From Botryllus schlosseri (lineage: Eukaryota), in NCBI GenBank assembly GCA_051294905.1, contig CM119378.1, positions 2,234,001 through 2,298,000 on the forward strand: a stretch of 64,000 nt of DNA, read 5' to 3'. The notes below the pieces were generated by a model, which was not told the DNA's origin, searched no databases, and was given only the letters and a program-made list of their open reading frames with translations. This document shows positions 53,848-59,288 of the stretch, piece by piece (the stretch's first letter is position 1; every line of letters starts with the position of its first letter). A program made the position numbers and the translations under genes.

Positions 53848-56800
53848 TGATAGGTTAGATTTGAATCAAGTCATATAGAATGTCTAGGGTCGTATGACTT
53901 GGTCGAAAAAGAGCGACTGAAGCCATGGTCCCTCTGTGCTGGGCACAAATGCACAGTATTTTGGTACAGAAAATCCTGCACAGAAAATCCAAGTTGCGCT
54001 CCGCACAGAAAATCCAAAGTGATGACCTTTTTTTAGTCGTTAAGCACTGTTCTCCAAGGGTCTGCGCAGTGAGTTGGTGAGTGTGCGCAGACTCGTCGAA
54101 AGTTAGAGGGAACATTGGACTCAAGGCAGACTCTTGTCATAACAACCCTGCATACGAGTATTGTGCAGGAGATGCAGAAATGACTTTTTTGTTATCAAAA
54201 GGTTCCCATGCGTTTATGTCTACCTAAATTTGAGTGTGGTGTCATTTTGATGAATATGTTCTTCGTGACATGATATTCAAGCAAGGCAAATTCTGCAGGT
54301 GTGCACTATCAATTTAAAAGCAAACAAATATTGCATGTTTTGTTATATCGAAGGACAATATAGGCATACAATATATTTAGTTCTCATATTTGAGATATAC
54401 AGCGTCAATAAGAATATTTGAAAAATGAATGATACAACTCTTACTCTTCTGTATGTGTCAACAGACTTAAACTAGCTCAATGTAAATACATTCACAAATA
54501 ACATTACCTGGACCAGTATGCACGCACGTAGCATTTTCATAACAAGGCGAGTTTGTCCCAGTAACGCAAGGGTTGATCTCAGAACAAGTATTGCCATCTC
54601 CAGTGTAGCCAACATTGCAAATACAACTCACATCATCACGAGCTCCCGTACACCTGGCGTTAGTATGGCAAGCTAACCCCGAGCAGGCTTCTAGTTCTGT
54701 GGAAATAACATACCGTATAAGTAACGATGATTAAATTTATTAATGGGGGCAATTTTTTTTAATCCAAAATAATTGCATATCTAAAATATTCAAATATAGA
54801 GGGATTAGTAGACAACATAACTTACTGAGTACTTCAAATCAATTATATATTTTACCGCTCTGCTTAAATTTTCGGAACATAATATTTCACATATGTGTCA
54901 TACCAATTGCTTACCATAACAATTCTAAAAAAATTGCCTCTTACCTTGATCGCATGCATCTCCACCATAACCATTTTCACAATAACAAGCTCCCGTGCCG
55001 TTAATGCCACTATCACAACTCCCGTGAACGCATGCACACACTGAAAATATAACATGCAAATCGCTATGAAAATTGATTCGTTGGGAGCTATCTGTGTGAT
55101 CGTCAAAATATCATTGCTCAGTGCAAAACCCAGTATTTTAACTCAAGAAAAAATAGTAATGAGGGCATAGATGCATAGCAAAAGTAATATATCAGCACTG
55201 CCATAATTTTCAAATATTCTTTGTACAGACAGTTTGAAAACAAAATCATAGATTCTGCAAAATTCACGAAATTTGACGAAATTTTCTACAAATATGGTTT
55301 TAGTGTAAAGAGCTTCCAGGGGGTACAGAACTTCAATGTACAATTGAATATTTGATACAATTGTATTTTAGTACAAACATAGTTCTCTAACATGATATTT
55401 ATGAAAAGAGATACTCTCTCATTTATGCACAAGGCACATTTTGAACTATACACAAAAGCCATAAAGCGGTTCGAAATATGTAGGTGAAAACAAAATTTCA
55501 AATCCAAATGATGGATTTGACAGCTCCAAATGACGACCAAAGCAAACCATGATGATAATGATAATATCAATTACCATAATTTACCATACATTCAATGAAA
55601 AAAATAACTACTAACAGGTGTTCCAATTTGTGAACCAAATATTACCGCAATATGACAATATTATATTGATGGACTACTCGAATTTGTTTAGTATCCCTCC
55701 TATATTTTGAAGGTATCACAATTCTTGTGGTATTTTAAATCGATTAGAATTTACCTTAAAATAATGATAATATATGTGACACACCATGTGCTTCATGCAT
55801 TGATTGGGAAATTGAATCGATTGTAATTAAATCGGAAAAAACTTTCGATTGTTTGCAGTTTTAATTAGGTACGAAATTTTCAAGTTATAGAATTGCAATT
55901 TTCATTCCAAAAACTGAAAAGCAACCATTGGTTAATTGTTAACGATAGAATATAATTTAATTAATTTATAGGCTATGTAAGTAACCGCGAAATCATGTAA
56001 ATTGTAATCACTACAACTTCATGTCAGAAGTTCATTAGGGTCCGGCCAGAGTGCAGATAACTCACCGCTGCCGCACGACGGCCCATAGAACTGAGGTTTG
56101 GAGCAGACTTCACAGAATGACCCGGATAGATTGTCAGCGCATTTACACGTTCCATTGCCCGAATATCCATCGAAACAAGTCCCTCTGTTCCCACAAACCA
56201 ATCCAATCGGGTCTCTAGGACAACCTGAATAAAACGCAGCTGGTCAGACGTGCCATGCATGGCTCTGAAGCAGAAGTAGAGTTGGTTAAAGTGTAGTCAT
56301 TGGGGATAATTAAGTAGAGGTAGAAGTAAGGAATTAAATCTCTACTCAAATACAAGTAGAATTTATGATTGCCAAGTAGAAGTAGAAGCAGTCTAAAAGG
56401 AAAATCACTTGAGTAGGCACGCCTACTTGAGTACCTCAATAAAACAGAAGTACTTTTTTACTGACCCTCTCTGACTAGAACTGCAAGTCTCTTAACAATT
56501 AAGCAACTAAAACACATATCCCCATTGTCATAATGATAGAGCCAACAGCTATATCACGAGAAGGAATTTTATCTTTGTGTGCGTCATCGTGATGCTTTGA
56601 TACTGGAGATGTGAAGGTACAGTTTTTTAGGTTAACGAGTCTGCACCACAATTTTGACTTTCCCCGTTATTTCACGGGTGCAAGTGAAGCGATGGAGTCT
56701 CCCAAGCCGGCGATGAAACCCACGACCTACCCCATCAAGAAACCGAATAGGATATCTCGTCGGTTGAGTCCGGGAAAAAGCAATTTGAGTGGTCAGTTTG

Positions 56801-59288
56801 GAATCCAGACGGAGAATATCAGTTTTACCAGTTTTACAAGCAAGCCTTTGGTCGGACCAGGCCGGCCCTCGAACCCACGATCTACCGATTGATAATCACG
56901 GATTTGGTAAGGCACCATCGGATTTAGGCGGGAATTAGGAAACAATTTCGCTAAGTACAGTCTGGTGCGAAATTAGGGCGCCTGGTGCGCCAGACCAATA
57001 AGGTGGAAGTCGCCCCAGGCGTGATTCGTGTGCAATGTCCACAAATGCAGAGCTGTATGCACATAAAGACAATCCCGATCTTCTAATTACCCTTGCGGTC
57101 ACGCCATGTCGCAACGCAACGAGCTGGCAGTTTTCGCCTACCACACACATGCTGGGAGACGACATAACGAGGACTTCGACCTATGTTCAGTAAACTCCGC
57201 ACTTACGCAGTTACTATGCTACGTAATTAACTACATAGTTAACTTGGCATGTCCGTTTAGGTAACAACTGCGTATCTTGGTCTTTCAGAGACATTTGCGA
57301 CAATCGTGTTTGCTATCATTTTCCAGTGCACCATTTTTGCTATTTGCTTCTTTTGTGCATTCAGTACTATGCATTGGACACACTAAATACCAATAGCCGC
57401 TATAAACTATTGGTACTTAAGACAATTTTTACCATTTTTAAATAATAATAACTCACTCTGGCAATCAGGTCCCCAATATCCTTCGCAGCACGTCGTAGTG
57501 GTCACTTTCTGTCTGCAACGATGCGTGCACCCAATCGCTCGACGCACGCTCGAGCCGGTACCGACTTCGTACCGGCATCCTTTCTTTCCCGACAATCTCG
57601 TCAGTTTTTTCGCAGTGCCGGGACAGCGCACCTGAACGAAACGAAGTCTTACTTCCCATCAAATTGTGACAAGTATAAAACTCCGCGATCCGACAAAATT
57701 TCACAGAACGTTGATTTTGCCCCCGAAAATCAAAATAGATAAAGGTAGGGACATGTTTCATAATATCTAATGTGCATTATGCAAATACGCATAACGTGAC
57801 GGACCAGTCAACCAGCCACAAATATCCTGCATCGTAAACTGTTTCAAATGATAGTTTATGCGATCTTAAATTGTTCAGTCTGTTTCGTTCGATGCGCATC
57901 ATAATGACATGAAAGTTGCCGTCCGAAGCGAAAGTCTGCGTTTCCATTATGCGTATATGTGCTGTAAATGCAACGCAAGAGCCTATGAACACTTGTACAA
58001 ACCGTTTATTATAATGTTTATCATTTTCATTTTACAGCATTCGAGAAAGCGAGTATCCACTAATATGCAGTGACCTTTAGCTTCGTCGTCGAAGCTTGTA
58101 GGCAGTACAATCTAATCACCCTACGATCAGGCTTAAAGCATTTTCGTCATCTTAGAATGCAATTCGTCTACCGTTGTCACAAATCTCTCTTGCATGGATT
58201 AGGCCTGAGATCGGAAGCTGTATTTTATTAACATTATTGGCTATTGTTTGATCTGCGATGCTAATTGATGATTGGATGATGGTACATCACTAGACTTTTC
58301 CGTGTATAAATGGGTAAGCTATGTCATAGATTACTATCGTATCAATTCTCCGAATTCTGGATTTCTTGTTGACAGTGTATGGCTGTTGGTTATAAGGGGC
58401 TAAAATTGGCTGATCAGGTCAACCCAGCTGGCAATAGTACGTATACAATATATGTTACTGTATTTATGACGATACTATCGTGCTTGATGGGAGCAATGCA
58501 ATGCGTTGGCCTACTTAAAACGCGAATTCAAATGCCGGTTACGATACTTACTTTTCTATTTTGCCAGCAATTGACGCAAGTTGTGTCGAAGTCGTTATTT
58601 CTAGTAGAAACGTCGCAAAAATTTTGTGAAACTTTACAGTCGATATCTGCAAAAAGATTGAAGTAATATTCGTTCCGCGCTATTTACCGATAGTTTCCAA
58701 AAATCGAAATGAAAAGACTCTTCCATTTTATATATATATATATTTCTAATGTATTTTGACGCGACCAGATCACACTATCTTATTTCCTTCCATACATACA
58801 CCACGGGTCGCTTTTTCAATCACTTTCTTCTCAAATGTACTGAAGATATATTTATCACTGTTTAAAACCACTGTTTAGTATTTTGGGTTACTCGCGAAGA
58901 TATATCTTTGCAATTGTATTGCGATTCCGTGATCAAATCTACTTTTGAAACTATCAACTTGATTAACTTGAGTAAAGCTTTCACTTTCTATACTTGCATG
59001 GTCTTGGAAATCGTAATTGTAACTTGTAATTTGTAATTGATCAGAGATTTTCGACATTACTTCTACTTCTGCTTATATAGGAACGCGGAAAACTTTCACC
59101 GCCGCTATTAACAACTCGTCACTTATCTAAATTCTTCATTCCCGAATGCGTAATATAAATAAATAATATCTGATAGAAATAGAAATAAAGCCCGGATACT
59201 TACGTATAGTAAAATATATAATTCCGAAAAATAACAGAGATGGTAAATACGTATAAAATTTGAAGAGAAGCCTATCGCTCGCTGCCAT
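571..59288 (-). CDS. STAB1/2: Stabilin-like (FEEL/STAB1-STAB2 family) EGF/FAS1 scavenger receptor; 42 coding exons in window, 3' end lies beyond the left edge
   Basis: Hand-spliced GT-AG exons with continuous phase, 6658 nt. Order: signal peptide, Cys-rich, EGF cluster, 2xFAS1, repeated three times, then a 4th EGF cluster. This is the stabilin architecture; STAB1 vs STAB2 cannot be assigned. Confidence 0.92.
842..1982. mobile_element. hAT MITE (GACTCGAGTC-rich family) containing an inverted copy of itself
   Basis: Perfect TSD CTTTTGGT; inner copy ~988-1508 ends in TTACAACCCTG. Confidence 0.82.
2053..2170 (-). CDS. Stabilin exon 41 (EGF)
   Basis: RYGRNCLLCQCTTHGHCNEGITGDGACFCDPTYTGPQCAQ. Confidence 0.9.
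3060..3180 (-). CDS. Stabilin exon 40 (EGF cluster 4)
   Basis: GGANSPCSGNGKCSDGVNGTGICQCKVGFTGVACERCETG. Confidence 0.9.
3229..3490 (+). mobile_element. tRNA-derived SINE
   Basis: A box TAGCGTAATGG, degenerate B box, core GACCAAAGAC...CTTGGCGCTCA, A-tail; second copy at 43845-44140. Confidence 0.75.
3525..3657 (-). CDS. Stabilin exon 39 (Cys-rich linker)
   Basis: SLPIP...PGCSITC...QCCPHYYGPWCQPCP |GTAAG. Confidence 0.88.
4370..4600 (-). mobile_element. Penelope-like element pLTR with short inverted arm
   Basis: Matches 14925-15362 and 16797-17061; contains the hammerhead at 4400. Confidence 0.75.
4400..4433 (-). ncRNA. Minimal type I hammerhead ribozyme motif (Penelope-like pLTR), intact core
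   Basis: Minus strand: ACCC-CUGACGA-GUGUCAGCC-GAAA-AUAU-UC-GGGU. Helix I ACCC/GGGU, G-C closed stem II, palindromic AAUAUU helix III, UUC cleavage triplet. Confidence 0.75.
4719..4853 (-). CDS. Stabilin exon 38 (FAS1 #6 end, Cys-rich linker)
   Basis: VLDPPSIGGRCDD...PCGLC...TCPANTTLVSRDTC |GTGAGT. Confidence 0.88.
5400..6020. mobile_element. Foldback hAT-like MITE (CCAAATTTGG family)
   Basis: Long inverted arms about ~5700; terminus AACAGCCCTA; related to 35245-35913. Confidence 0.7.
6090..6237 (-). CDS. Stabilin exon 37 (FAS1 #6)
   Basis: KITVQCAASPDIYGQMVVNNGMANIV...AVYVLDQ; not in ORF track. Confidence 0.85.
6430..6925 (+). mobile_element. hAT derivative, right part with transposase C-terminal remnant
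   Basis: TAAVERSFSILGKLLSKDRQFLPENVGK. Confidence 0.78.
7167..7259 (-). CDS. Stabilin exon 36 (FAS1 #6)
   Basis: RYHMIREAFITPTAIMDFEAKDSDLRTMQGS |GTGAGA; not in ORF track. Confidence 0.85.
7697..7857 (-). CDS. Stabilin exon 35 (FAS1 #6)
   Basis: LLETSGELETLQYPLHNPWMLLLPNEEAF...SEYIR. Confidence 0.88.
8380..8777. mobile_element. GACTCGAGTC-rich hAT MITE, partial copy
   Basis: Colinear with 36830-37318. Confidence 0.75.
9384..9600 (-). CDS. Stabilin exon 34 (FAS1 #5 end)
   Basis: NVLRSPLQFWNGILYEIDRPIIP...GFQWVVT |GTGAGT. Confidence 0.85.
9795..10320 (+). mobile_element. hAT derivative, right part with transposase C-terminal remnant
   Basis: TTAAVERFFFILDKLLSKDRYFLQEHVGKYLSLYHNKF*. Confidence 0.78.
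10585..10718 (-). CDS. Stabilin exon 33 (FAS1 #5)
   Basis: LYLSHIVGC...IRTLAGDVLDI...FVINNTI |GTAAG. Confidence 0.87.
10908..11428. mobile_element. GACTCGAGTC-rich hAT MITE inserted in the TIR of another MITE (~10897-11757)
   Basis: Perfect TSD GTTACCAT. Confidence 0.85.
11781..12495. mobile_element. Charlie/Buster-type hAT MITE
   Basis: TIR CAGTGGTTCCCAACC / GGTTGGGAACCACTG, perfect TSD GCATAGAG. Confidence 0.9.
12510..14526. mobile_element. Non-autonomous piggyBac-like element
   Basis: TTAA|CCCTC...GAGGG|TTAA, imperfect 19-bp TIR; decayed Cys-rich peptide on - strand ~13200-13340; internal ~230-bp direct repeat. Confidence 0.75.
12572..12653 (-). promoter_or_regulatory. tRNA-like Pol III type 2 promoter (A and B boxes); not a functional tRNA
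   Basis: TAGCTCAGTTGG ... GGTTCAAGTCC followed by TTTT; acceptor stem does not pair. Confidence 0.6.
14925..15362. mobile_element. Penelope-like 3' end preceded by inverted pLTR (foldback)
   Basis: ~190-bp inverted arms; centre reads KPRLCQQKEFVYHLDIVH* on the + strand. Confidence 0.8.
15499..15683 (-). CDS. Stabilin exon 32 (FAS1 #5)
   Basis: GSIYSFISGKPRF...NPIVAFLPSQSIMM...EEPATQ. Confidence 0.85.
15745..16010 (-). mobile_element. Penelope-like 3' end (GIY-YIG tail plus pLTR)
   Basis: FIKIHQPRPCQQKALVYHLKIVH* then pLTR; fills most of the 371-nt intron between exons 31 and 32. Confidence 0.75.
16055..16162 (-). CDS. Stabilin exon 31 (EGF)
   Basis: DHGGCSENAICTSGDNPGDRTCECKSDYYGNGINCT; 108 nt, phase 1-1. 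Confidence 0.9.
16370..16790. mobile_element. Penelope-like inverted pLTR pair (degenerate)
   Basis: Forward arm 16370-16520, reverse arm 16635-16790, small hairpin between. Confidence 0.7.
16797..17061 (-). mobile_element. Penelope-like 3' end (GIY-YIG endonuclease C-terminus plus pLTR)
   Basis: FHLCALESTFIKIHQPKLCQQKEFVYHLKIVH followed by pLTR with intact hammerhead. Confidence 0.82.
16828..16861 (-). ncRNA. Minimal type I hammerhead ribozyme motif, intact core
   Basis: ACCC-CUGAAGA-GUGUCAGCC-GAAA-AUAU-UC-GGGU; differs from the 4400 copy only at the free N7 position. Confidence 0.75.
17401..17621 (-). CDS. Stabilin exon 30 (EGF)
   Basis: TRASAGRHNCSCKAKYEGDGIYCAPVNPC...CVCKEFFTGDGKSCSQVDVCAE. 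Confidence 0.9.
18820..19036 (-). CDS. Stabilin exon 29 (EGF)
   Basis: GYRGVDCDQ...CHTAANC...CVCSAGYQGDGVDCKPINPC...GCHENAIC. Confidence 0.9.
19070..19213 (-). mobile_element. Penelope-like pLTR fragment
   Basis: GGAGGTACAGAACTT...GCTGACACTCGTCAGGGGTAATCGTC family match. Confidence 0.7.
19222..19403. mobile_element. GACTCGAGTC-rich hAT MITE, internally deleted
   Basis: Both termini present, TSD CGAATAAT/CGAATAAC. Confidence 0.75.
20052..20207 (-). CDS. Stabilin exon 28 (EGF)
   Basis: GTCTCSNSKYAGTACETCASGRYGRECDNTCQCVHGVCNDGSNGDGSCVCEK. Confidence 0.9.
20278..20712. mobile_element. Foldback hAT MITE, deleted copy
   Basis: AGGGCTCTTCAAA / TTTGAAGAGCCCT termini; matches 35245-35913. Confidence 0.8.
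21975..22176 (-). CDS. Stabilin exon 27 (Cys-rich linker, EGF cluster 3)
   Basis: TPCLFG...GCQKRC...ACCEGFYGDGCDPCPGGIGNICFRRGACTDGIKGN. Confidence 0.9.
22800..22942 (-). CDS. Stabilin exon 26 (FAS1 #4 end, Cys-rich linker)
   Basis: GIIYRLTDTILEPIKTRCD...QCLPCHFPSSCP |GTATGT. Confidence 0.88.
23006..24193. mobile_element. Charlie-type hAT element with nested MITE
   Basis: TIR CAGGGGTGTCAAAC / GTTTGACACCCCTG, TSD ATGTAAGC/ACGTAAGC. Confidence 0.85.
23136..23499. mobile_element. hAT MITE (TAGGCTTACCATA family), nested
   Basis: TIR TAGGCTTACCATA / TATGGTAAGCCTA; paralog at 62189-62633. Confidence 0.85.
24291..25972. mobile_element. Charlie/Buster-type non-autonomous hAT element
   Basis: TIR CAGTGGTTCTT / AAGAACCACTG, perfect TSD CTCTAGAG. 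Confidence 0.88.
24856..25038. mobile_element. Small nested MITE (CAATGTTCCCTCTAA termini)
   Basis: Inverted termini; related copy ~53930-54117; empty site at ~26785-26800. Confidence 0.72.
25988..27330. mobile_element. Charlie/Buster-type non-autonomous hAT element
   Basis: TIR CAGTGGTTCCCAAC / GTTGGGAACCACTG, perfect TSD GTCTAGAC. Confidence 0.88.
27388..27466 (-). CDS. Stabilin exon 25 (FAS1 #4)
   Basis: ttacag| LTLVRHHESLLVNGLSVLVNANRTDK |GTAAAT. Confidence 0.82.
28222..28351 (-). CDS. Stabilin exon 24 (FAS1 #4)
   Basis: SAAKISPSSFNDTIEYHIIPGKLF...LTPLLGSGYK (FAS1 YH motif). Confidence 0.87.
28430..29205 (+). mobile_element. hAT derivative with transposase C-terminal remnant
   Basis: Colinear with 40056-40913; TAAVERSFSILGKLLSKNR. 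Confidence 0.8.
29625..29746 (-). CDS. Stabilin exon 23 (FAS1 #4)
   Basis: GTGFENYSDFVGKMNESGYLSDLESSETPYTVFLAPNSAV; not in ORF track. Confidence 0.88.
29804..29986 (-). CDS. Stabilin exon 22 (FAS1 #3 end)
   Basis: ...AKLIAPDIPVSGRGVIHIIDTVLVPP...LSTVLN |GTTAGT. Confidence 0.88.
30235..30940 (-). mobile_element. CR1/L2-type LINE 3' ends (ORF2 tail plus duplicated 3' UTR)
   Basis: DVWNFISPAI*QSTSMSTFKSKYKQLLLNKY; UTR repeated at 30290 and 30495; other copies ~39320, 41810, 43480, 44780. Confidence 0.62.
31079..31636. mobile_element. GACTCGAGTC-rich hAT MITE (reverse orientation)
   Basis: Reverse complement of 36756-37318. Confidence 0.82.
31657..31766 (-). CDS. Stabilin exon 21 (FAS1 #3)
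   Basis: cttttag| ELLLTSALVDREGTSLQSLL...DSSDV |GTGAGT; phase 1 to 0. Confidence 0.82.
32036..32597. mobile_element. Foldback hAT-like MITE (CCAAATTTGG family)
   Basis: Inverted arms; relatives at ~32790-33481, 37558-38095, 49579-49970. Confidence 0.7.
33557..33683 (-). CDS. Stabilin exon 20 (FAS1 #3)
   Basis: LKNGFTCFFPMDSAW...YVLKNHIVP; acceptor could be 6 nt further in (33677). Confidence 0.85.
34457..34628 (-). CDS. Stabilin exon 19 (EGF end, FAS1 #3 start)
   Basis: RCDKTGPGARTCTCFEGYEAIGDGCVGNLLQEV... |GTATGT. Confidence 0.88.
35245..35913. mobile_element. Foldback hAT MITE, full length
   Basis: TAGGGCTCTTCAAAA termini, inverted arms over nearly the whole length, perfect TSD TTGTCCAC. 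Confidence 0.9.
36288..36486 (-). CDS. Stabilin exon 18 (EGF)
   Basis: GNGKTCDPVDNC...GGCSEDADCIYIGPGKHKCVCVEGFRGDGTTC...NNGGCSTRA. Confidence 0.9.
36756..37318. mobile_element. GACTCGAGTC-rich hAT MITE, full length
   Basis: TIR CAGGGTTGTAA / TTACAACCCTG, perfect TSD CATATAAT. Confidence 0.9.
38115..38272 (-). CDS. Stabilin exon 17 (EGF)
   Basis: SCACTPGYKGDGIYCEAYDPC...CECFPNFR |GTAAG. Confidence 0.9.
39634..39817 (-). CDS. Stabilin exon 16 (EGF)
   Basis: DCTCQNGVC...CVPGSCFGNWSGENCD...CHQFAMC. Confidence 0.9.
40056..40913 (+). mobile_element. Non-autonomous hAT derivative retaining transposase dimerisation-domain end
   Basis: TAGGGTGATTTT / AAAATCGCCCAA termini, TSD CTTATGAT/CATATGAT; LTTAAVERSFSFLGKLLSKDRQFLSENV. 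Confidence 0.85.
41160..41314 (-). CDS. Stabilin exon 15 (EGF cluster 2)
   Basis: SCRGPPQNPCNGNGVCSDSRRGSGRCTCNTGFIGDACEKC...FGANCDQ. Confidence 0.9.
42120..42340 (-). mobile_element. Penelope-like fragment (GIY-YIG piece plus pLTR)
   Basis: ASDSAVGKHLLNYSVGAKYFQDN joined to pLTR with hammerhead. Confidence 0.72.
42148..42182 (-). ncRNA. Minimal type I hammerhead ribozyme motif, intact core, variant helices
   Basis: ACCU-CUGACGA-GUGUCAGCC-GAAA-AAUUU-UC-AGGU. Confidence 0.65.
43200..43345 (-). CDS. Stabilin exon 14 (Cys-rich linker)
   Basis: MKQCVY...FGCSQLC...KCCPGFYGTVCR; different frame from the ORF track call. Confidence 0.88.
43845..44140 (-). mobile_element. tRNA-derived SINE
   Basis: TAGCGTAATGG A box, GGTTCGATCCC B box; body matches 3229-3490. 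Confidence 0.8.
44280..44493. mobile_element. Small MITE with ~45-bp imperfect TIRs
   Basis: GCGGGGAGCATAAACTTAGCTTATCCGGGAGAAT vs ATTCTCCCAGATAAGCTGACTTTATGATATCCCCGC. Confidence 0.6.
45045..45894. mobile_element. hAT MITE (TAGGGCAAG / GCAAC-rich family)
   Basis: Perfect TSD ATCATAAC; short copy at 17072-17388. Confidence 0.85.
46115..46333 (-). CDS. Stabilin exon 13 (FAS1 #2 end, Cys-rich linker)
   Basis: ILKSDILV...INIVDKFLIPP...RCQD...GPCGECG...C |GTAAGT. Confidence 0.88.
46360..47765 (-). mobile_element. Penelope-like 3' end with inverted pLTR, interrupted by nested hAT MITEs
   Basis: KNSAIGEHFTNN...HYQDNSF...RSFFHF / ALESTFIKIRQ (frameshifted) ...EFVYNLK*; pLTR 46360-46480; inverted pLTR 47640-47765. 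Confidence 0.75.
46539..47373. mobile_element. hAT-type MITE (ATCCCGGGA-rich subterminal repeats)
   Basis: TIR TAGCGTTGGGAC / GTCCCAACCCTA, perfect 8-bp TSD ATACAAAC. Confidence 0.85.
47834..48001 (-). CDS. Stabilin exon 12 (FAS1 #2)
   Basis: tttcag| GAVVLRDIFMYSIA...GTIMIGEGRAK |GTAAGT; phase 0-0. Confidence 0.85.
48862..49062 (-). CDS. Stabilin exon 11 (FAS1 #2)
   Basis: ...SNFTALV...GYTLFAPNDAAM...YLKSPL. Confidence 0.9.
49991..50255 (-). CDS. Stabilin exon 10 (FAS1 #1)
   Basis: RAHVVAG...AANGVIYIIDSVLW (FAS1 H2 motif) |GTGAGC. Confidence 0.9.
51196..51440 (-). CDS. Stabilin exon 9 (EGF end, FAS1 #1 start)
   Basis: CPPGMVEYNRNCY...WTLFVPLDSAF (FAS1 H1 motif). Confidence 0.88.
52131..52280 (-). 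CDS. Stabilin exon 8 (EGF)
   Basis: SHCDCKTGFVLQGSQCVLKDICG...CGPEATC...VECI |GTAAG. Confidence 0.88.
52390..52868. mobile_element. Charlie/Buster-type hAT MITE
   Basis: TIR CAGTGGTTCCCAACC, perfect TSD TTTTAGAC. Confidence 0.9.
53017..53150 (-). CDS. Stabilin exon 7 (EGF)
   Basis: DQSSCRCKVGFTGDGYWCEAIDPCQTNRGGC...CTFDGPGQ; AAG acceptor. Confidence 0.88.
53541..53700 (+). mobile_element. CR1/L2-type LINE ORF2 3' fragment
   Basis: KSIDYSVPLI*NALPQHISQLPYDRFKTEL; paralog at 39960-40055 plus 40922-40965. Confidence 0.62.
53786..53846. repeat. (CT)n microsatellite
   Basis: Direct reading. Confidence 0.95.
54508..54696 (-). CDS. Stabilin exon 6 (EGF)
   Basis: ELEACSGLACHTNARC...CICNVGYTGDGNTCSEINPC...CVHTGP. 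Confidence 0.9.
54945..55040 (-). CDS. Stabilin exon 5 (EGF)
   Basis: VCACVHGSCDSGINGTGACYCENGYGGDACDQ; tttcag / GTAAG. Confidence 0.9.
56066..56224 (-). CDS. Stabilin exon 4 (EGF cluster 1)
   Basis: SCPRDPIGLVCGNRGTCFDGYSGNGTCKC...FYGPSCGS |GTGAGT. Confidence 0.9.
57457..57631 (-). CDS. Stabilin exon 3 (Cys-rich)
   Basis: ttcag| VRCPG...GCRYEV...GCTHRC...CCEGYWGPDCQ |GTGAGT. Confidence 0.9.
58552..58646 (-). CDS. Stabilin exon 2 (N-terminal Cys-rich)
   Basis: tttttgcag| HIDCKVSQNFCDVSTRNNDFDTTCVNCWQNRK |GTAAGT; phase 1 to 0. Confidence 0.85.
59204..59288 (-). CDS. Stabilin exon 1 (start codon, signal peptide)
   Basis: MAASDRLLFKFYTYLPSLLFFGIIYFTI then C|GTAAGT donor, phase 1; not in ORF track. 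Confidence 0.8.

Noticed and set aside
58140..58230. Alternative exon 2 (RLIHAREICDNGRR)
   Set aside because: Hits a stop without a convincing donor; 58552-58646 has strong sites, correct phase and the expected Cys pattern.
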